A model generated the notes under the pieces. The model had not been told where the DNA came from, did not search any database, and saw nothing but the letters and a program-made list of their open reading frames with translations. Positions 55,270-64,000 of a stretch of 64,000 bases of DNA are shown piece after piece. The position numbers were made by a program, and so were the translations under genes. How positions within the stretch are numbered: position 1 is the first letter of the stretch; each line of letters opens with the position of its first letter. Origin of the DNA: the human T2T-CHM13v2.0 reference genome, Homo sapiens; NCBI RefSeq assembly GCF_009914755.1, contig NC_060939.1; one strand, 5' to 3'.

Positions 55270-57600
55270 AATTTCCTTAGCACCAGTTTCCAAAAGTGGA
55301 ATTTTCCTGTCAAAACAGTGTATTGATAGACATGTTTTGAAAGTTATTTTTTAACTTGTATTATTACAATTTTCATGCTCATCAACTATGCATGATAGTG
55401 TTTGATTAATAATATTCTCAACAGCCTTGGGAATTATTTTTAATATCATTAAAATCAGTATCTTTAATCTTCATTAATTTTGTACTCTTTAGTTGTAGTT
55501 TTAGTAAAATAGATAATTTGTATGCATATTTACCATTGTTGCATTTTAATTTGTCAATTATCTAGTAAGTCTAAATTTAAAAATCTCTTTCCATAGGTTT
55601 AATAAATATTCCTTTCTCTTTTTACTTGTCTTTCTTCCTTTAACTATTCTATATTTAAATCTTTAATGTATGTGGAACTTGGTGGCATATGTATGAGATG
55701 AGGATACAAATGAATATTATAGATACTTAACCTATTGTCCAAGCACCATTTACTGACTAGTGCTTCTCTTTGTCTTTAATGAAAAATGTTTTCTTAGTCA
55801 TTAAATTCTTGAGTATAAGGGTTTCTTAATTATATTTTGTGTTTCACTTTTAATCTATTATTTTGCCAGGACCATACTGTTTTAGCTGTTATAAATTATT
55901 AATATTTTTATAGATTCATCTCATAGTGCTTCTTTTACAAAATTTTAGATATTTTTACTTGTTTATTAATCCAGTTACACTTAAAATTGGTAAAATTTCA
56001 AGTTACAGCAATCTGCCATTAGGATTTTGACTGTGAAATCTACAAATCTGTTAGATTATAATTCATCTTCACTATATAGAAAAATGAAATAATATTTTCC
56101 ATTATTCAGATTTTTAGCTATTCCATGAAGTGGTGTAGCTTATTAAAATTGTCCATTCCAATATTTAAGAAATGGTTATTAGTCATCTCCTATATTTCAG
56201 GAATGTGGTAAAAGTAAAAAAAACAGAGAGAGAGATTAAAAAACAGACTACCATCAAGGAGCTCAAATTCTGAAAGGATTGCAGATAAGGAAACTGGCAA
56301 AGGATGAAGATTAGCAAAGAGGAATGCACAGTGCACAATACTGAACCCAGGATGACAGCAGGGAGAAGTGTCACAAGTTTCCAGAAAGAGAGGTTGTGCT
56401 TCAGCTAGGTTTGGGACATAACAGGCAGTCAGCTCCATGAGGATGGAGAACAGTTGTTTCACAGGGAGGAAACAGCAATGCAAAGGCACATAGATTTCAA
56501 AGAACATGGCACAGAAATGGAACTTCAAGAATGTAATTGTGACTGAAGTTTATGATGTGAATGAGATATAATGAGTGATGAGATGGCATTTCACATGGAT
56601 TTTATGTTCTTTCATGAGGGCACTGTGTGTCATTGGTGGGTTTTAAGAAGGAGAGTGACATAATTTTATCTTTTTTAGAAAGATTTCAGGGAAGAATACA
56701 GCAGAGAGACAAGAAAACAGTCAAAGTGAACAAAAAAGGTTCACTGGCCATAAATATGTGTTCAGTGAATGAATGAAACATTGAAAGAACTGATGCATTA
56801 CCAGATTTAACAGCTGAAAAGTAATTGATGACCTTGTTAAGATTACCTGTATTTAGTGGGATGGTTGAGATGGAAGACAGATATCAACAGGAGATAATGA
56901 ATATAAAGTACTCATTCAAAATATTGCAGATTTGAAATCAGATCTTATTTCATTGTTTTCCAAACTAGTTGCTAGTGTATAAGAAATAACATTATTATTT
57001 TGCTTATGGGTTGACTATATAGTTACTCTGTTGACTCTTTTATTTGCTGTAATAGTTTTCCATGTGATTTTGCATGTTTTGATTACTAGATATAAAATTA
57101 TAATTCTTGTAAAAATAACTTTCTATTTTGACTTCTAATAATTATATAGTTTGTTTTGGTTTGTTTTAATATATAGGCCAGAATTTTCAGAAAGAAGTGA
57201 AAATTATGCTTTGGACAGTTTCGTTTGCTTTTAATGGTGATGGAAATGCCCTACTATTTCACACATAAATTGCTGACTGTAATACTATATGTAATACTTT
57301 TTTAACATATTACACTTAAAGAAGACCCATTACAATCCCATTTTAAGGAGGTTTTGAACAACTAGAAGGTTTTGATTTTTTATCAGATGACTTTTGCTCC
57401 CTATGAAAATTAAGATATATATTTTCTGGCCAATTGATATGTCATATTAGATTAGTCATATCATTATTTTAAATGATGCTTTGGGTACAATTTTCTTGAA
57501 TATGGTATATTATTCTTCTGCGGTAATGCTAAATTTTATTTATTTTATATAGTATTTTAAAATAATTATGGCCATAAATAAGATTTATCTTTTATTACTT
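55270..57600 (-). mobile_element. old L1ME fragments with interspersed L2 (~56200-56920)
   Basis: Degenerate antisense L1; purine-rich L2-like block. Confidence 0.5.
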
Positions 57601-57689
57601 TACAATACATTTTACCCTGTTTTGCATCTGAAGATACAACCCTGAAATACTGAAAAATCTGCACCAAAATATTTACTTATGATAGTTAA

Positions 57690-58600
57690 GCAGCCTATAC
57701 TTAATGAGTCAAGAGAAGTAATGCATTTCAGATTTTCATCTGTAAGGGTCATCATTGAGCTACATGACCTTGGACAAATTTTAATCTTTCCATTGCTCAT
57801 TTATATAAACAAGGGATTTGAACTAAGTAAACTCCAGTGTCACTCCAGCTCTAGCATTTTGCCAACTTGTATCCATAGAGAAGTTTCTCCAGTTTTATGC
57901 TAATAAGCAAAGATGAATTAATGAGTTTCAGAGCAATAGTACTGTGTAAGGTAGTAGTAGACTCTATCCTATGACCAGGCAAATTTAAACCTGTGTTTAA
58001 AAAATGATGATGCAGTAGTCCATTCTCCATCTCCTTGTGTCCATGAGCAGCTGGACCTGGAAAATGTTGGCCCTATGATTTATCTTGCATTGCATCTGAA
58101 AACTGTAGACCAAGCACCCTTCACTGTTCTGTTCAGCTCACCTGAAACATTAGATGTAAAGAGCACCAGATGGGAGATCAGGAGCCCTGGATTTGTGTCC
58201 CTCTTCTGCCATTTACTAGCTTTGTGATCTTAATCAAGTCACTTAACCTCTTTAGGCATCAGTTTTCTTATGTGTAAGATGGAATCAACTTAATCTTTTA
58301 GCTCGTAAACTCTATGATATGAGAAGCCATAAATATATAAACTCTTAATAAAACAACTTTAATCTACAGAGTCATCTGAGGTTTACTTTCCCAAATACTG
58401 ATCTCAATTAATTCTATCAACAATGTTGCGAGGCAGTTAGTCAAAGTATTTGTGATTGTATTTCAGAGTTGGATCTAGGCTCTTGACTTCAAAGAGTTTG
58501 GTAGCTTATCCAATGTGTCTAGTAAGTGGCAGAGCCTCAGCTGGAGCCCAGGACTTCTGATTCTTCAACTATGTTCTTTTCTTAATATAACACATTGTCT
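57690..58600. mobile_element. cluster of three MIR fragments
   Basis: e.g. ctggatttgtgtccctcttctgccatttactagctttgtgatctt...cagttttcttatgtgtaagatgg. Confidence 0.65.
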
Positions 58601-58835
58601 TTCATTAAATCCTGTAATCACTTTTATACTTTTCAAGCATTCTATTACATTTCTCTGCACTTTAAATTGTGAGAACCAACTATCCTTGTACCCTTGGGCT
58701 CAACCTTGAAACTCTGTTTATTTATAATTTTAAACAATGTAACATATTAACACTCTGTTCATGTATATGTTTAAACAATTTCTTGAAAAGTACTCCATCT
58801 AACATTTATCCCTTCTTTTCCTGATTCTCTTTCAG

Positions 58836-58858
58836 ATAGCAGTTCTGTGGATGAAAAG
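58836..58858 (+). CDS. UNC13C: UNC13C (Munc13-3) 23-nt coding microexon, phase 1 to 0, encodes (G|AT) DSSSVDEK
   Basis: CTAAC branch-point-like motif at 58799-58803, polypyrimidine tract ccttcttttcctgattctctttcag, GT donor at 58859. Splices in frame to the 59438 exon to give [30 protein letters not shown], which I recall from Munc13-3 just upstream of the GGGLYGIDSMPDLRRKK motif and C1 domain. Confidence 0.88.
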
Positions 58859-58964
58859 GTTTTAAATCATACTTATTCTTCCCTCCTGAGGAATCTTGTC
58901 TTTTGTACATGTTTGTTTGTGACATATTAGATCTGTTTGATTCCTCTGTTTTAGTTTTGAAATG

Positions 58965-58970
58965 TGCATG
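58965..58970 (+). promoter_or_regulatory. TGCATG (RBFOX motif) ~107 nt downstream of the microexon
   Basis: Exact hexamer in the position typical of RBFOX-enhanced exons. Function is inferred. Confidence 0.4.
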
Positions 58971-59437
58971 TTATCCCAGCTTTCCATTATTTGGTTGTCC
59001 TTTAAGTGTGCCTCTGATATGTTGCACTTATGGAGAGGTCACACCTTGCCAGCTGCGCTTACCTTACCTATACTTGCCAACCTAGGGGTCTGCTACTGTC
59101 AAACACAGCATCTTTTCTTAAGTCTGGCTAATCATGACCTTTCTGACTGATTCATGATCTTCACTGTGCATATCAAGTTTTAAGGGCAAATAGTACTTGG
59201 AATATGACATATTTTCCGGGACTCTGCCAGTGCATTTGTTTAAATGCTGACAGCTAATTTCAAAACCTCTACTCATAAAAACACAGTAGCTTTGACTTGG
59301 AGCTGACCCTGCTTAGCATCTGTCATACTAGGTGTTACGTGTGTAGTGCAGCTGACCTGTGTCCCGATTTCGTGTACATAAAACTGTAGTATGCTAAAAG
59401 CCTGTTTGTTTTGTTTTTCTCTTACTCTTCATTTAAG

Positions 59438-59502
59438 GCTCGAATAGTAAGTGGCAATGATTTGGATGCTTCCAAATTTTCTGCACTCCAGGTGTGTGGT
59501 GG
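59438..59502 (+). CDS. UNC13C: UNC13C 65-nt coding exon, phase 0 to 2, [21 protein letters not shown](G)
   Basis: Long U-rich tract plus AAG acceptor (59435-59437), open frame of 21 codons + 2 nt, consensus donor GG|GTAAGT at 59503. Peptide recognised from memory as Munc13-3. Confidence 0.9.
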
Positions 59503-59590
59503 GTAAGTACCTTCATACCTTTCTAATTTATTCCATTCATAGATGGCACTTGGCTGTGTTCTCAACATATATGCTTTGAGTGCAAGATGC

Positions 59591-59596
59591 TGCATG
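59591..59596 (+). promoter_or_regulatory. TGCATG (RBFOX motif) ~89 nt downstream of the 65-nt exon
   Basis: Exact hexamer. Function is inferred. Confidence 0.4.
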
Positions 59597-60224
59597 ATTA
59601 GCTAGCCTCATTGTTACTTCATTTTACAATAAAGTTGACATTATAGTGTTTTCTTAAAAAAATGTAATACATGTTAACTATAAAACAATTCTAAAAATAT
59701 GAATATGTATATGATTATATATATGTCAAAATCAACTAACCAGTTTAACTGTTAACATTATCATTACATACCCAAATAGAATCACAAAATTTTATACAAA
59801 TGAATTCATATTGATACAATTAATGCTCTCTTTCAATGTGCTTGTTTGCACTTAATGATATATGTACATGAACATTTTTCCTGTCAACAACTCAATGAAT
59901 ATAATCTATACTATTATTTTTCATAGTTGCATAGTATTACACTTAACATAAGTATCAAAGTATTTAAAATTTAATCACAAAAATAATGTATGAAATTTAT
60001 TTTCTATGTAAAAAATTCAAGCAGCCTCGTCTTTAATGTTAAAAGTTACGCACTGGTATCAGTGTGGCATGAATGTTCATAGGCATTTTTCTACGTGTTT
60101 GCAATACGTATCTGTGTTCATATAAAATAAGTAGTTTTGCATCGTGGTTTTTTTTTTGCATTTTAACATAAAACAGTCCACTCTGTGTAAATAAATAAGC
60201 ATGAATTTAATGCTGACTTTGTAT

Positions 60225-60450
60225 CTAGTGCTGTTAAAATTGTCCTATACATAATGACTCACTTAATCTTTACAATGGCCGTATGAGGTAAGTACTATTT
60301 TGACTCTAATTTTACAAATGAAGAAACCAATCCACAAAGCACTTAAGAGATGTTTCCTTCAGACAGCTAGTGAGTGACAAAGTCAGTATTCAAGCTCAGT
60401 TTATCCAATTCCAGAGCCTGTAATCTCAATTTACATGCCACATTGCCTCT
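60225..60450 (-). mobile_element. MIR
   Basis: cacttaatctttacaat...ttttacaaatgaagaaac...cagctagtgagtgacaaag. Confidence 0.75.
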
Positions 60451-60774
60451 GCAACTTGCCGTTTTCTCTTTTTCCATTTAACAACAAATGCTTTGCCAAA
60501 TTTTCTACTTTATTATTTTGAAGTGATGCAAATATTTGAAAACATTCATACAACATGTTTTATTCTTCTATTGGTGGGTTTTCAAAATTATTTCTAATTC
60601 ATAATTGCAAATTATGACATAATTATAGATACTATGGTAAATATATCACAATAGATTTTAAAAGTGTAATTTGTGGATCAATGCTTATACACAGTTTATA
60701 TATTCATATATACCTCTTTATATATGAATATAGAGAGATATCTATATAATTAATTATCTATCTATCTATATAGA

Positions 60775-60905
60775 TTTTTGTTTTAAAACCAAGACCGGGT
60801 TTTGCCATATTGTTCAGGCTGGTCTTGATCTCCTGAGCTCAGGTGATCCACACACCTTGGCCTCCCAAAGTGCTGGAATTACATACATGAGCCACCGTGC
60901 CTGGC
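60775..60905 (-). mobile_element. Alu left monomer (FLAM-like)
   Basis: gggttttgccatattgttcaggctggtc...gccaccgtgcctggc. Confidence 0.88.
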
Positions 60906-63028
60906 AAATAATTTAAATATATATACATATATATGTATAGTGTATTAGATGTTTTATAAATGTTGAAATTTGAATACATTTATGTACAGTATAAATAGAA
61001 GCAAAATTTAGAGGCATGTTTTAGTTTTTTTATCTAGGCAAAAAGTTTCACAGTTCTGTTTTGTAATACACTCATTTTTTGAAAATCAGTTTGTTATTAA
61101 ATACATCCACATGTTACTTATTTTAAATAAAATATTTGTAAGATTTAAAGTTTGAAATGTAAAGCTCCTACAAATTAATATATATGTATCGTTTTTATTT
61201 TGATGTTTCCAAATAGAAGTGATTAAGATGTTATTTCTGTTACATCTCTAACTTTAATGTCCTTGAAATATATGAAGAATTACTCTCGTTCATATTCTAA
61301 TGTTATAGTAATTTAAATAAGTTATAAAAGCAGCTGTGGTGAAAGATCATTATGAATTATTCAGAGATATTAAGGTAGTGAATAGACTCTCTACTACAAC
61401 ACCATGAATACTGTGTCTTTAAGTTGACCAGCAATAATAATTTGACAACTAAATACAATGATTGTCTTAGGAAATAATTAAGTTGAATTCTAATTTAGTT
61501 ATGAAAATTGTTGGGACATCGTGTCATGCACCTGGAGGTTTATCTGAGTTTATGATGTTATAGATTCTGCACCTCCCTTCGCCTACAGCATCTATCACTT
61601 TGTAAAAATTTGATTTGCTAACTCATGTCTGAATATGGACGTGATCCTTGTCAGAGCAACAGAGTTAATCTACATCCATGCTTTTGTTAAGCACATGCAG
61701 TATAAATGTCTGGCTAAAATAGTTCCTCTTTGCATTTCGAATAGATCTTTCCACATTGTTACGTTTTCTGAAAATGCCTCTTTCAACGACTTTCTAAGGG
61801 ATTTTGGAACTGTGATATATGGGAAGGGGGTGATAATTTTCAGTCATCAAGAGAATTTGTCATTGCCTGAATGCTTATTTTCTCTTAAAGAACCTGAAGG
61901 GTACGTTTACATATGAGCCTTCAATCACAACCTCTTTCAGAAAGATGTGCTTATTTTACTTTTTCTATAAATATTTTAGAATATATTTTTAAAATAAAAT
62001 GAAATACTATTTAAATATCACAACTTCTATTATCCTAAAAAACTATGACTGGGGCAGACTTTTGAAATACGGAGTCATTGCTTTTCTATTACAATGCTGC
62101 TAAATCTTTCACTTTTCTACCTTCGCCATCCCCAATCAGTTGAGAGCCAAACGACATTCATCCTTCCCTTAGTTTACTCAAGTGTCAATGACAGCATAAT
62201 CTCTACACACTAAAACCAAATTAATAAACTATATACACTGAAACCAGATAATGAAATTAATAATTCTGCTTTCTGATTTCTGCTTAGCTCTCTGTACATT
62301 TCCTGTAAGTGTTGCCAGAAAAGACATGGCAAATGTCATTCTGTTTTTCCTATCTGTCACAATAAAAGTTCAGACAGGCTCTGGGGAAAAACTGGAAGAG
62401 GGACAGAGAAGAGGTGACAGAAAAATAAAAGGAGCAAGAGAAAGTAGGAAAGATACATGTTTTGGTGAAATCAATGAATTTAACATTTATACCCTTTAGT
62501 GGTTTTATAAGATTTTGTTAACTTTTATCATCTATGTAAGCAAAGAGTCATACAGAAAGCACACAGCAACTCAATATGAAAAGTACAAGAGGTTTAGTGG
62601 ACAGAAATGTCTCAAAGATAAAATGGAGAGGTAGCAGAAGTAGGTGAGAAGAGCCTTTGGACCATGACACAGTTCTTACGTTTGCAAAAGTATATGGAGC
62701 AGGAAGGTGAATTGAGTATGAAAAGCCTGAAATTGACTATAATGAGGCTAAAAGAAAGTCATTCAGACAAATGGAGAGGAAAGTTTGCTTATTAGATGAG
62801 TCTTTCATTGGGTACAAGTAGCCAGCTCTATTATCTCCACCAAGTTTAGCCATTGGTTGGGAGCAGCTTGGGGAGGGTGTAGCCTTGGGGTGAATGCTGC
62901 ACCCAGTGAATGACACACTGGAGGTGTGTCAGCTGGAGGCTTTTACCCAACTATCCTGCAGCAGATTCTCTCTAAGGGATATCTGAGTGATACATGCCCA
63001 TGGCAGCTACCGAGCATCAATTTGATGA

Positions 63029-63332
<304 letters not shown>

Positions 63333-63490
63333 TGATGAAACTACTTTTATTCAATGATAGTGAACAAAGTCACATGAGTACCTTCTCCAAATGTGAAACA
63401 CATTTTTAATTAGAATAACACTCCTTTGGTGCTTTGATTATATATGACTTAAGTTTACCTTTCCCTTGACATTTGTAGTTAGAACTCCAC

Positions 63491-63600
63491 TGGTTGAATT
63501 ATAAGAAGCATCACAAGGGGTGTGTGTGTGTGTGTGTGTGTATTCTGAAAGTACCACAAGTCTATAAAACAGTGGTTGAATTATAAGAAGCATTGCAAGG

Positions 63601-63652
<52 letters not shown>

Positions 63653-63712
63653 TGTCTATTCTCTAAGCACCAGACTTGCATGCACCACAATTTGGGCAAG
63701 TCTATAAAGCAA
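63491..63712. repeat. tandem duplication in which each unit contains a (GT)n microsatellite
   Basis: Unit tggttgaattataagaagcat..caagg(tg)n..tattct..caagtctataaa at 63491-63572 and 63573-63712. Confidence 0.92.
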
Positions 63713-64000
63713 TGGTGGGATTAGGGAAAAACAGTTTGAGGAGGATATCATCATCTTTATTTTCTTTCTTCACTAGTCATTGAAGTTCTTCTCTGCAGTA
63801 CAGTTCTCATAGCACTAAGTTCCTTGAGCCGATGTGAAATTCCTCTGTCCATGATTCTGAACTAGGCTGGTAACTTCTGTTCAACCTCTACCAGAATGAT
63901 TGAACCTTATCAGGAAAGAGGCAGTGGTTGCAGAAGTGAAATAATGCAGAGACAGAGAAAAATGAAGAGACACTGTTGAAGGAAAGGGCACTGAGATATT

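Overview
Primate (human-like) AT-rich genomic DNA lying, as far as I can tell, entirely inside a large + strand gene. I recognise it as UNC13C (Munc13-3) from two short coding exons near the right end: a 23-nt microexon (58836-58858, (G)AT AGC AGT TCT GTG GAT GAA AAG = DSSSVDEK) and a 65-nt exon (59438-59502, [21 protein letters not shown](G)). The gene name rests on my recall of the protein, not on a search. The rest is intron, densely filled with repeats: about 20 Alu/FLAM copies, old L1M and younger L1PA fragments, L2, L3, MIR, LTR9, LTR16, MLT1, a split near-complete Tigger1, MER5A and MER44. Almost all ORFs in the supplied track are Alu/L1/Tigger by-products or chance ORFs. I see no self-contained new gene system. 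The best leads are: (1) an ancient L2 fragment trapped inside the younger Tigger1, implying an L1 3' transduction; (2) a ~310-bp inverted duplication abutting an L1PA insertion; (3) the splicing architecture of the non-frame-preserving microexon pair; (4) two unannotated exon-like candidates, at 5.2 kb (phase-compatible with the microexon) and 63.5 kb (UG-repeat-flanked, stop-containing); (5) a perfect 31-bp palindrome centred on an AP-1 site. Repeat subfamilies are by-eye calls, and boundaries of old repeats are approximate.
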